Program-made: the position numbers and the translations under genes | The notes under the pieces: generated by a model | The model's input: the letters and a program-made list of their open reading frames with translations, nothing else | Databases searched by the model: none | What the model was told of the DNA's origin: nothing | Source of the DNA: Octopus sinensis | Taxonomy: Eukaryota | Length of the DNA stretch: 64,000 bases | Direction: 5' to 3' | Assembly (NCBI RefSeq): GCF_006345805.1 | Contig: NC_042998.1 | Location: 26,598,001-26,662,000 of the forward strand | Shown: piece by piece, positions 36,800 to 49,282 of the stretch | Layout of the letters: each line of letters opens with the position of its first letter | How positions within the stretch are numbered: position 1 is the first letter of the stretch

Positions 36800-38400
36800 A
36801 ACATAATGCTACAACAAATAACCTTAGATGCCAAGAACGCTCCTAAGTATCTTAGCTGTCCCTAATAACACTGTTTTCTGGAGCTGTACTAAACTGGGTT
36901 TTATACCCATTTCCTCTATCTATCTGTTCAGATCTTTAGGAATAGTTCCCAATGCACCTAAAACTTTTGAGATACATTTTACCCACACTTTCCATAGTCT
37001 CTGTAATTCAATAGCTAGGTCCTGGTACTTTGCTATTTTTGCTATACATCTCATATTGATTTTCTCATCATTTGGGACTGTAAAGTCAATTATCTGGCAC
37101 TTTCTGTTCTCTTTATCATTATCATCATTATTATTATTATAATTATCATTATTATTATCATCAAGGCAGTGAGCTGGCAGAATGGTTAGCACGCTGAGCA
37201 AAATACTTACAGGTATACTTACTGGTATTTTGTTCGTCTTTGCATTCTGAGTTCAAATTCCACTGGGGTCGACTTTACCTTTCATTCTTTCGGGGTTGAT
37301 AAATTAAGTACCAGTTGCGTACTGAGGTCAGTCCAATCAACTGGTCCCATCCCCCAAAATTCTGGGCCTTGTGCCTAGAGTAGAAAAGATTATTATTATT
37401 ATTATATGAAAACTCACAGCTTATTTTGCTAGGTATGATGGAAAGTGTTAGCTGTCCACAGTCAGCAGACTAAGGTGACATTTGTTTACTGGTCCTGCTT
37501 CAAGAACCCTGCGAAGAATTCTTGCAGTTCCAAGCAATGCTGATTTTTGTAGGTGTTCTACCTTCACACTTGTACCAATCTTTTTCAGCCATGTCGGTAA
37601 TTGAGTGCTGATACTTCCAAATGCACTAATTATTATTGGTATCACGTCTACTCTCTTCATTGATCACAACCTTCTTATTTCCCACTTTAAATTATCATAG
37701 TTGTTTATTTGTTCTTTCACATTGATCCTGTTGTTACCAGGGTATGCAATGTCGATTATCTTCTTTGTTTATTCACCACATCAATGTCTGGTTTCCTATG
37801 CCTGGTCAGGTCATTGCACTAGATCATTGCATCCCCCACTATTTTGCAATTCTCATTTTTGTTGACTCCTTCTGGGGTTCGCTCATACTGCGTCTTTTCT
37901 CTTTGTAGGCCGTGATTTCCACATAGCTCCCAATGGGTCATTCATGCCACATTGTCATGGCATCATTTATATTCGCATTGTGCCAATTTCGGGCATTTGC
38001 TAAAATGTGCCATACCATTTCACCTCTCTCACCACACATTCTGCATTTGTCGCTGTCGGTAGTGTTGTCAATTCTGCACTTTATTAATGGTGATTTGACT
38101 CAGGTTCATCCTTATTCCTGTTAGAATTTATGTGAGTAGTGGCTTGCTACCTGTAACCTTAGGTATCCACAAGCTTTCAATGATCTTTCAAGTGCTTAAA
38201 ATCCTCTCGATAATTTTTCCTGTCCCTAAGAGGCAAGGACATTCTATTCCAATCTTGATCAATCATTCTTCTATATCTTTACTTACAATTCCCAATGCAC
38301 CAATTACTACAACCACAACCTTTAGAGTTTACATTCTCCAAATTCTTGCAATTTCAAATTTTATTATCATTGGATAGTGGGGTTCTTTCACTATCCCTAG
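36800..38400 (-). mobile_element. Three stacked 3' fragments of RLE-type (R4/Dong-like) non-LTR retrotransposons
   Basis: IIDFTVPND..KIAKYQDLAIELQRLW (36920-37110); CRMCGERGEMVWHIL CCHC knuckle, HDNVA, KPDI and LQKSALLGTARILRRVLE (37430-38125); CLLGTGKIIERIL (38130-38400). Confidence 0.85.
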
Positions 38401-38599
38401 AGGCCTTCCTATATCAGGAGGGTCACATTTCTATCATCCTCCCTGCCACTTCTTTTTCTTTTTAAACCTTTGTATGCTAAGGCATATGTCCCTTCTTTTT
38501 CAGTGTATAACCGTGTATACTTTCTTTCTAACGTTTCATTACATGTAAACCCCCACACTTTGTCTGCCTTTGTATTGTCCCCTGATCCTTCACCCTTCA

Positions 38600-39030
38600 T
38601 CATCATCATCATCATCTTTGTTTAGCATCCGCTTTCCATGCTAGCATGGGTTGGACGGTTCAACTGGGGTCTGGGAAGCCAGAAGGCTGCACCAGGCCCA
38701 GTTTGATCTGGCAGTGTTTCTACGGCTGGATGCCCTTCCTAACACCAACCACTCCGTGAGTGTAGTGGGTGCTTTTTACATGCCACCGGCACAGGTGCTC
38801 GACGAGGCTGGCGAACGGCCACGCTCAGATGTGCTTTTTACGTACCACCAGCACGGGGGCCAGGAGAGGCTGGCGACGGCCACAATCAGATGGTGCTGTT
38901 TACGTGCCACCGGCACGAGGCCAGTCGCGGCGGCGCTGGCAATGGCCACGTTCGGATGGTTATCTTACGTACCACCGGCACTGGTATCACAGCTGCAATT
39001 TCCATTGATGTTGATCAATTTCGATTTTGT
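38600..39030 (-). mobile_element. SINE family C with tandem array
   Basis: Family C terminal block plus about 4 GCCACC(A/G)GCAC units. Confidence 0.8.
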
Positions 39031-39079
39031 GGTAAATAAATGAAATCATTATAATTATTCAGTAGTCTTATTTTTATCA

Positions 39080-39475
39080 TGTGCTTTCATTGCAGCTCTG
39101 TGTGTCTTGGGTATGTGCTCTGGTTTGTTGCGATGCTCTTATTTTTACTGTATTGAAAGTGTAGGATGTGTGTGGTGCCTAGTAGTGCTATTTTCTATAT
39201 ATTATATATACTTGTTAGTCCTGGTTTTTTGTTATGTATTTGTCTGAATATTTTTTTTCATACCTAATGTGCCTATTATGATTGGAATTGTTTCTGTTTT
39301 TAGGATCCGCATTCAAGTTACCTCTATTTCGTAAGTTTCTCTGTTTCTTTTAGAGAAATGTTGTCATCTGTTGGTATTGACACATTGATTAGAAAGCATT
39401 TTTTTCTTGATGATCTCTGACAACTATATCTGGCCTATTGGCCTTTATTCCTCAATTTGTGAGTATTGGCATATT
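39080..39475 (-). mobile_element. RLE-type LINE 3' fragment (different subfamily)
   Basis: Decayed RPxI..EIEVT.MRILKTETIPIIIGTLG on the minus strand. Confidence 0.6.
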
Positions 39476-39899
39476 ACTATTATTAAAGTAGTGAGCTGGC
39501 AGAACCATTAGCATACTGGGCAAAATGCTTGGTGGTATTTCCTTCATCATTTCGTTCTGAGTTCAAATTCTGATGAGGTTGGTTTTGTCTTTCATCCTTT
39601 CGGAGTTGATATAATTAACTAGTCCCCTCTCCCAAAATGTCAGACCTTGTGCCTTTAGTAAAAAGGATTATTATTATTATTATTCATAGTAGTAGTTTTA
39701 AGGTGGTGAGATGGCAGAATCGTGAGCATGCTTAACGGTATTTCATCTGCCACTATGTTCTGAGTTCAAATTCTGCCAAGGTTGACTTTTCCTTTCATCC
39801 TTTTTGGGTTGATTAAATAAATACCAGTTACACACTGGGGTTGTTGTAATCGACTTAATTCCTTTCCCTAAATTTAAGGCCTTGTACTTTTTCAGCTAT

Positions 39900-40200
39900 G
39901 TTAGTACTTGAGTGCTGATACTTCCAAGTGCAGCAATTACTATTGGTATCACGTCTACTCTCTTCATTGACCACGACCTTATTTCTTCTTCTTTCACATT
40001 AATCCTGTTGTCACTGGGGTATGCAATGTTGATTATCTTTCTTATTTATTCACCCAATTCAATGTTTAATTTCCTATGCCTGATCAGGTGATCACACTGG
40101 ATCAGTGCATCCCACAGTATTTTGCAATTCTCATTTTTGTTGACTCCTTCTGGGGTTTGCTCACACCATGTCTTTTCTCTTAGTAGGCTGTGATTTCCAC
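39900..40200 (-). mobile_element. RLE-type LINE fragment, paralogous to 37590-37890
   Basis: Clear nucleotide similarity to the 37.6-37.9 kb segment (GTATCACGTCTACTCTCTTCATTGA and neighbours). Confidence 0.75.
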
Positions 40201-40213
40201 AGAGCTACCAAAG

Positions 40214-40585
40214 AATTAGTACCTCTGCCTTTGCTAAGGCGGAAGTATTGTTTTCAGTCGTGTTTGTTTGTTTGTTTGTTTGTCTATGGACAGGATATCT
40301 CAAGAACCGCTGGATGGATTTGGATGAAACTTTCAATGATGTTTGGCCTCATGACTGGCATGAACTGGGTAGATTTGGGGATTGATCTGGTACCGGACAA
40401 GGATTCTGGATTATTTTTTTAGTTTTTTTATTTAAATTTTGTGAGCAGTTGGGTTCATTTTTAGTATTCTCATTTGTGAGAGCAGTCGAGTTCATTTCAG
40501 ATATTCTCATTTTAAAAATCATCTCCAGCTAATCATTGGTGTTGCCTTGGCGGAAGTTTGTGCTCTCTGAGTGCTTGTTGTTGTT
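40214..40585 (-). mobile_element. Helentron/DINE-like non-autonomous element
   Basis: Terminal hairpin ACCTCTGCC...GGCGGAAGT, (GTTT)n block, and GGCGGAAGT repeated near the other end (about 40549). Confidence 0.6.
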
Positions 40586-42000
40586 TTTATTATTATTATT
40601 AGTATTAGTATTAGTATTAGTTGGCAAAAATCATTAGCACAGAATGCAATATTCATTTAGTTACAATCTTTATGCAGAGATTTCAAATCATACCAAGATT
40701 AACTTTGGCTTTCATCCTGCTGGGATTTTGGTAAAATAAATACATAAGGTTCCTCCCTCAAATTCCTCATTTTGTGTCTATGTAAGAAATCATAGTAATG
40801 ACCGAAACAGCAGATCACCTTTATATATATAACAAAAACAAAAATTGTTAAATGAATTTAAAAATTGATGTGAAGCATGGATAATCTAATATTTTGAGCC
40901 TTTCCTCTTCATCTGAAAGTGTTGTAATTTTGGATGCAAGCAGCAACAATACCACTTAATCTTTCTTTCTCTTCTTAACTCTCAGGAGGATTCAGAAGGT
41001 TAGAATTGGTAAGGATCCAGAATGTTAGGTTTTTCATTCTTCATGACAAGTCAACTTACCAAATTCTTCCACAAAATATTGCAAGATTCCATATTTTATT
41101 GAAATATGCAAAGATTTTGTGAATAAAGACTTTAAAATCGATTACCGTGAATTTTCCAAGAGACTATTTAGCAAGACTGGTCTATGCAGAAGTGAAGCTT
41201 ATTTGCAAGCACAACAATACATTTATCAAAGTTTGAATTCATGGCATTTTGGAGAGATGACAAGAAATATAATTTTCTGGATATTAAAAGCAATGATGAA
41301 TTAATTTGAAATGACAAATTAGTATTGAAAAAGGAAGCAGAATTTTGAATAAAATGAGAATTAATGAAGAATCAGATTGATGGGACACTAATTTGTAAAA
41401 CCTGATTTAGAGATTTTTATATCTAATTTCATCATTTCAAAAATTATGAACAAGGTTTCATAAAATTATAACAGTCTTAAAATTATGAGAGGATTAATTT
41501 TTACAAATTCCTGCAATAATTATCTCACTTACAAATATTATTAGTATCCAGGTCAGATGCAAACCCTGGATTTTTTTTAGGGGTCCACACCAAAATAAAT
41601 AAACAAATCAATTCAAGAAAAATTTTGTATTTATAGAGAGATATCATCAGAGGACAGCAAAAGGATGGTTGAGAACTGCTGCTGTCAGGTGAGCTGCAGG
41701 TGCCAATGGCCAGAGTCAATCACCTTACTACAGGTGATTAACATTCGTAATCCCATCCAATTTACAACTGGCCAGCATAAAACAGGACAGGCATACCACC
41801 AGCATATGTAAGTTGACAATGTCATTTTGACCTTCTTGTTACCATATTTCTGTTGAAACATACTGAGTTTGTTTTAATTCATTTTGAAAATATTGAAGAA
41901 TTTAAATACAAGAGGATACTGAAAAGTTCCTGGTTTTGAGTAAAAGAAAATACAGGAAGATAAGTTAATTATGATTTTATGCAACATATTCCCCTCTCAG

Positions 42001-42270
42001 GGTGGAGGCACAATAGACCAGTGGTTAGGGCACCGGACTTGCAGTCGGAGGATCGCGGTTTCGATTCCCAGACCGGGCTCCAGCAGGGGTTGGTGGCGAC
42101 CCCTGTTGTACTACTACACTCACGGAGTTGTTGGCGTTAGGAAGGGCATCCAGCTGTAGAAACACTGCCAGATCAGACTGGAGCCTTGTGCAGCTTCCTG
42201 GCTTCCCAGACCCTGGTTGAACCATCCAGCCCATGCTAGCATGGAAAACAGGCGTTAAATGATGATGATA
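42001..42270 (+). mobile_element. Chimeric SINE: family V tRNA-like head plus family C core/tail
   Basis: The head matches the 3143-3430 SINE head (GGTGGAGGCACA...CAGACCGGGC, CTCCAGCAG). The body from about 42110 matches family C. Confidence 0.75.
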
Positions 42271-43062
42271 TAAAGTTTTTATCCAAAATGGAGATGAACA
42301 CTATTCCTCTATGTAATTGGTTTGAAAAATTGTTAAGATTTTACTTCTTTTATTTATTCTTTGTAAGCCTAGTACTTATTCTATGGGGCTCTTTTGCTGA
42401 ACCACTAAGTTATGGGGATGTAAACACACCAACTTTGGTTGTCAAGCGATGGTGGTGGGGACACACACAAATACATACATATCTCTCTCTATATATATAT
42501 ATGATGGGCTTCTTTTCAGTTTCCGTCTACCAAATCCATTCACATGACTTTGGTTGACCTGAGGCTATAGAAGACACTTGCTCAAAGTTCCATGCAGTGG
42601 GACTGAACCTGGAACCATGTGGTTGAGAAGCAAGCTTCTTACCACACAGCCACTCCTGCGCCTATTAAGATATTTTTTCTTAACATGAAACCAATGGTAG
42701 CCTTAATACACAAATAAAGAAATTCTATCCATCAACGAGAAGCTGAGCACTCATTCTCATCGTTCAGTATTTATGTATTTATCGTCAGTGAATCTTAAAT
42801 CCAAAAAAGAAGTTATAGAACAGCAGAGTATATAGATAAAGATAGTTATGGCCAGTCCATGGGGTTACCTGGGTTTCATATCCATAAAGCGCTTAGCCTT
42901 ACAGCATTTCTTCAGATCCTAAACCTGTTGGCCTATGGCTTCTCTAACAAGTGGCCTCTCTAGAAAATGGAGGAAAAGACTTTCTTACTCTTTATCAACA
43001 ACAAGGGATTATCTCCTTCTGACCACTATTCATGATTGACCTTGTTAGCATATGGATATATA

Positions 43063-44309
43063 CAGGATGTCCATAAAGTCTCTTTACAATTTCAAAAATT
43101 TATTACAAAGGCAAATTATGGGATATGTTTATCCTCTTTGTTGTGTGTACTCAGTAATTATCAAAGTTTCAAACCACATTGCATCTGTGTTTTTCAGGTA
43201 CCCTATTGATGGAAAAGTTTCTGCTAAATGAAAACCTAATTAAATGGCTACTCCTCAAGAAAAAAGCACAATGTGTGTCATGGTTTACTGAAGCAAAATC
43301 AAACATGCAGACTTAGCAAAACTACAGGATTGAGTGTGGAAGACATCCACCATGCAGTTCATGCATAGAATACAGAAATTTATGGAAATAGGAACAGTGT
43401 TGGATAAAGGAAAGAGAGGACGATGACCAAAATTATCTGAGGAAAACGTCAATCATGTAAGACAAGCTTTTGCTAGTTCTCCTACAAAGTCCATATGTAC
43501 TGCTGCCTAAATGCTACCATGATCAACAGTGTACAAAGTCCACAAGAGCTTGTGATTGTATGCTTACAAAGTGCATCTCTTACAAGCACTTGAACCAAAT
43601 GATAAACCAAGGTGAAAGGAGTTTGCATTTAACATGCTGGAATGAATTTCTGTGGCTGCAGCATTCCTCACCTCAAGTTTGTTTTAGTGATGAGACAACC
43701 TTTCATGTTTCAGGGAAACTGAACACACATAATGTGAGGTTCTGGGGATCAGAAAATCCCCATGTGGCCCCATATGGCTAGTCCTAGGGTGAACGTCTGG
43801 TGTGGGATGATGTGCAGTTGAATCATTGGTCCGTTTTTCTTCACAGAGATCAATTTCTGTGAATATTTACCTTCATCTTTCGACTGAATATGTGGCACCA
43901 CAACTGGATGATCTTCGACCAGCTATCATTTTCCAGCAGGATGGTGCACCACCACATTAGGGACTGCATATTCAAGAGTCCCTAAATCAAACATTTCAAG
44001 ACTGGTGGATTGGAAGGGATGGCCCAATTCCCTGGCCACCTTGTTACCTGAATATTATTCCCTGGATTTTTTTCTGTGGGGTTTATCTAACATCAATGAC
44101 CTGAAGCAAAGGGTCACTGATGCCATTGCCTCAATTTATAAGGCTATGCTACAACAAACATGGTAAGAAATTGATTACTGTCTTGATGTGCTTTGTGCAA
44201 CTAATGCTACCCATATAGAATTGTATTAAATGAAACAAACAAACTTCAATATCTACTCCTCATTTGTAATACATTTTTGAAATTGTAAAGAGACTTTATA
44301 GATACCCTG
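43063..44309 (+). mobile_element. Tc1/mariner transposon, DD41D (rosa-like), full length but decayed
   Basis: TA flanks, TIR CAGG(A/G)T(G/A)TC(C/T)ATAAAGTCTCTTTACAATTTCAAAAAT, and MATPQEK..CVSWF, FSDETTFHVSGKLN, FQQDGAPPH and WPP..LDFFLWG motifs. 41 residues lie between the second and third D after correcting a 1-nt deletion. Confidence 0.88.
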
Positions 44310-44341
44310 TATGTGTGTGTGTATATAAATATATATATATG

Positions 44342-45621
44342 CTGGGTGTGATGGATAAATTGTCACCATTTCATATTTTTTATTTTGTGCATGTACATTG
44401 TTTTTGATTTTACTGACTGCACAGTATAGTAGGGTCAGTTGGGCACGATCTGTGAGAAAAACAGCATCATGATGCAAGTCGCTAAACCAGAAATTTGGAA
44501 ACGACATTAGCATTCATACCAGCAGCTCCAATACAAATATTTAGAGTGTTTGGGTGTCAATCTCAGAACAGTGCAGTGGATTCGGAAAGAGTTGGATGAA
44601 TCTAATGGTGATTACAAAGGTATGGCAGCTCGGAAAACTCTCATCATTCTGATAAGAAAAGAACTCCTGAATTTGTTGGTGAGATCCAAGCCATGATTAA
44701 CAATGATCCCTCTAAGACAATCAGGCCCATCGCCAGGGACATGGGAGTGTCTGAGTTTCTTATCAGAGTGCATGAAGACATTCAGTATTGCGCATACAAG
44801 ATGAGAAAGGGCCAATTTTTATTCCAAGCCATCAAGGACAAGAGGAAAGACTGCACTACAAAGCTTTTGAACAAGCTCAAGCAACCACTCCAACCAAACA
44901 TGCTTTGGCGTTTGTCAGAACAAGAAAAATTTATGCCAGGATCAAATGTGGAACACACAGAACAACTGTTGGCTTGCCGTGTCCCCAAAACATGTACCAC
45001 GAATGATAAAAATCCAACATCCACTCAACATCATGGTGTTTGGAGTGATCACTTGTGATGGCGACATTAAACCTCCATTCATTTTCTCATACGGCCTCAG
45101 ACTCAACACAGAGGCCTTCATGCAGTGCCTGGAGGAGGTGTGCTGCCCTGGGTCAAGAGGGTGACTGCAGGAAGACACTATGTCTGGCACTCTGCCACAC
45201 AAGCAGGAGAACCCAGAAAATGGCTGTTAGACAATTTCTGCATCCACATCACCCCTAACATCTGGCCACCTAATTCCCCAGACTGCAACCCCCTTGATTA
45301 TTATGTGTGGGGCACAGTTAAGCAACAAAACTCCTTGTAACACCAAAGATGAACTGAAGGCAACGATTATGGCAGCATTGACCAATTTAAACAAGGAGAC
45401 CATCCAGAAGAGTTGCCAGACATTTCAAAGTTGTCTGGAGGCTATGTTTGAAGCTAATGGTGATTTTTATTGAATAAATTTATTTAGTATTTCAAGATAT
45501 TTTTATGTAATTTTGGTAAATATATCTGTTAATATGAGATGTCAATTTTGGTAAATATATGTTAAAATGAGATGTCAATGTCATTTTTGTGTAATTTAGA
45601 CGATATATTTACTGCGCCCTG
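44342..45621 (+). mobile_element. Tc1/mariner transposon, maT (DD37D)-like, decayed
   Basis: RTPEFV..IARDMGVS HTH, IMVFGVITCDG and WPPNSPDCNPLDYYVWG motifs. The QQDSAP region is deleted, so the D spacing cannot be counted. TIRs are imperfect. Confidence 0.8.
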
Positions 45622-45740
45622 AATATATACATACATACATATATATTATAATGTTTATAAAATGTCAATACTCCCAAAGTTTGTTTCTATATATTTATAT
45701 ATTTTATTATTTTACTTGTTTCACTCATTTGACTGCAGCC

Positions 45741-46448
45741 ACGTACGTACATGCATGCACGTACGTATATGCATGCACGCATGTACGTACGTACACGTAC
45801 GTACGTACACGCACGTACGTACGTAGACGCACGTACGTACGTACATGCACGTATGTACGTACGTACATGTACGTACATGCATGCATGTACGTACATACAC
45901 ATACATACATGTATATATATACACCTATGTATATATATACACATACATGTATACACATATATATATATATACATACATGTATATATACATACATGTATGT
46001 ATATATACATACATGTATATATACATATTTCCATGTATATATATATACATGTATGTATATACATTATATGCATGTGTATATATACATGTACATAAATTTA
46101 TGTGTATATATCTATGTATATATAAGTATATGTGTGTGTGTATGTATATATATGTACGTATGTATATATATGTGTATATATGTATATATATGTATGTATA
46201 TATGTATGTATATATGTATGTATATATGTATATATATATATGTACGTATATATATGTATGCATACAAATGTATATTTGTTTGTATGTATTTATATGTATA
46301 TATAAAAATATGTATGTATGTGTATATACATATGTGTGTATATAATAAGAGGCTTCCAAATAGGAAAGCCTTATTTATTTATGTGTATATATATATATAT
46401 GTGTGTGTATGTATATATATATGTGCGTGTGTATGTATATATGTGTGT

Positions 46449-46482
<34 letters not shown>
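45741..46482. repeat. Compound alternating purine-pyrimidine microsatellite: (ACGT/ATGC)n then (TA)n/(TATG)n
   Basis: Seen directly. Confidence 0.95.
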
Positions 46483-46485
<3 letters not shown>

Positions 46486-47551
46486 AATAATATCATTATG
46501 CTTGTAGATCAAACTTTTGCAGTTCAATACTTAAAAAAAAAATAAATAAATAAATAAACAGCAGAATGACCAAAATGTCTAATATAAAAAAAAAGGAACA
46601 CTATAGTATATTGTATGGCAAACTCCTATCCTGCAAATATATTACCAATCTTATATATTCACAACATTTCTGTCGAACAGGGAATTAATTTTGACCTGTG
46701 TTGTCTCCAGCCTATCCTGCAAATTCCTTGGAAGAACAGAGAGAGAGACTAACAAATTCCTGAAATGCTTTGGCATCTCAAGTATGTTATATCCTGAGAA
46801 ATCTCATATACTTGGGACATGGATGCCAGATGGAATTTCTTTGTATTGGCAAAGATGCATTGTACACTAAGTTCACACAAGGTATCCAATCAATAGGACG
46901 GCTACAGATTTTGCTTTAAAGTTATTAGCAAACGAGCGATGCACTTTGCCTGTGTTGTTGCCAACGACAAGCGAATGTGTGAGAGTATGGCTGTGTGCTT
47001 ATGGTGTTAGCTCTGCAATCAAGTGGTTCTAGGTTCAATTTCACTGCAGTGGTACCTGAGACAAGGGTGTTCTACCAGGCCCTTGGGTTAAGTAAAGCCT
47101 CATGAGATGTACATCGTAGATGCAAACTGTGTGAAAACATGTTGGCTACATACATACATAAATACTACATGGTATATATGTATGCAGGTATGTGTTTCAG
47201 CACTTGATGCCGTGAGTTCAAAACCTACCAGATGCGACTTTAAGTTTCCCTCATGATGTTGATAATTTGCTAACCAAGTACTAGATTACTTTCTCTTTCT
47301 CTATCTAGCTCTCTCTCTCTGTATTAGCTGTTGTACCATGAAAAAGATTGTGGGAGGGGGGACAACATATAGTGTCTTTTTCTCCAAAAATGGAGAAGGA
47401 TTGAGTAACGAGAGGCTAAGCTGTCCTTTTATATAGAGAAACTGACAAACCCCTGGAACCATCCAAGGAGGAACTGAATGGCAGGAAATGGAAAAGATAA
47501 AAATACCTGCCCAGCTTATGTTATGCTGGCACTGATGTTTACACCAAAATA

Positions 47552-48773
47552 CTAGGTTCAGGAAAAGGTTTGTGTGCCATATTAAAATAATGAATTTTTA
47601 TGCAAGAATTTATTTAAAAACAAAAACTATTATTCAAAATAAAGGCCATCATTTTCCATGACCTTCCGCTAATGGAGTGGCTGTGTGGTAATTAGCTTGC
47701 TTACCAACCACATGGTTCTGAGTTCAGCCACACTGCATGGCACCTTGGGCAAGTGTCTTCTACTATAGCCTTGGGCTGACCAAAGCCTTGTGAGTAGATT
47801 TGGTAGAAGGAAACTGAAAATAGCCCGTCGTATATGTGTATATCTTTGTGTGTTTGTGTTTGTCCCCCCAACATCACTTGACAACTGATGGTGGTGTGTT
47901 TATGTCTCCGTAACTTAGCAGTTCAGCAAAACAGACCAATAGAATAATTACTAGGCTCACAAAGAATAAGTCCTGGGGTCGATTTTCTCGACTAAATGCG
48001 GTGCTCCAGCATGGCTGCAGTCAAATGACTAAAAGAAGTAAAAGAGTCATTCATTTCATTGTTTGACCGTGGTCAAGACAATGGTATTTACTATGTTACG
48101 CCAGACTTCACAGTCCATCATAGCATTACGGAGGTCCTGTTGCTAGATGCCTGTATCCTTGGAGATTACATTAGGGTAGGAGAGTGTGTGCCCTCTGGTA
48201 TCGTGAGTAGATGGCTTCCAGAGGAGAAGAGTAGAAATTACCTCGTTTTCACCTCTATAACAGTGTCCAGCAAACTGGACTCTTCTACCTTTCACAAGAG
48301 ATGATACAGGTGGTAATTTCCCATATATTTGTACTTTGGTTGGATGACGCTTCCACGAGATATTTTGAACTCTCATAAGATTTTAAACTCTGCAAAGCTT
48401 TTGGATTTGGTCAAAGTATCAATCCTTCAGCTTTTAATTGAAAAATTCTTGACAGGCTTCTGCAACTTCATCGAATGACTCAAATTGACTTTCATAAAGT
48501 GCTGCATCGATCGAAAGGGACCGTAGTCAGATGGAGCAACATCTGGACTATAGGCTGGATGTGGCAGAACTTCCACACCGTCCAATTCTTCAATCTTGTT
48601 GCTGGTCTTTCTAGTGGTATGCTGCTTTGCATTGTGTTGTCGAAACAAAGAGCATTTTTGACAAACACAATGAGTCACCATTAAACATGATATGGACTAT
48701 ATGAACACACACCACAAAAATATATATAAAAGCATTATTTTAACACAGCGCACAAACTTTTTCCTCAACCTAA
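47552..48773 (-). mobile_element. Mariner (DD34D) deletion derivative containing a nested SINE A and an RTE-like fragment
   Basis: 26-bp TIRs at 47552-47577 and 48748-48773 (22/26 match), TA flanks, and HPAYSPDVAPSDYGPF at 48427-48681. Confidence 0.8.
48050..48400 (-). mobile_element. RTE/RTEX-type LINE 3' fragment
   Basis: RRVQFAGHCYR..LLLWKP..DTG C-terminal motif (ORF 48143-48376), then a short 3' UTR and an ATGA tail. Confidence 0.7.
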
Positions 48774-49282
48774 TAATTTAGTCAGATAAATAGTTCCTTT
48801 CATTACTAATGTAAAATTGAGATGATAACATTAAATTTATCAGTCACACACTGATTTGAATTTGACACCTGTAAAACAAATATTACTTTAAGTGGTGGTA
48901 TGTTATTAATATATAAAAAGTGATATATTATTATATATTAACCATGTGATAAATAGAGATTGATAAAATATATATTAGACTGAAATAAGTATTGGGTTCA
49001 AATATGATCAAATTAAACCCTTGGAGTTGCCCCACCCACCAGATCCCCTGTCAAATAGTTCCAACCTGAGACCAGTAAAATAACTAACAAGAAAAAATAA
49101 ATAAATATATTTAACAGAATTCTTTTGCTTCTATGTTTTCACATCAAATATACTTCATGGCTGTGTGGTAAGAAGTTTACTTCTCAACCACATAGTTCTG
49201 GGTTCAGTCCCACCATATAGCACCTTAGCCAAGTGTCTTCCACTATAGACTCAGCCTGACCAAATCCTTCTCAGTGAATTTC

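Noticed and set aside
41119-41304. ORF with NKDFKIDYREF resembling an EF-hand
   Set aside because: It lacks the first Asp and the Gly of the loop, splice support is weak, and no second EF-hand is present.
42008-42078. tRNA-like sequence with A and B boxes (also the heads of SINE A, B and D)
   Set aside because: No complete cloverleaf or acceptor stem, and it is followed by SINE body. These are SINE heads, not tRNA genes.
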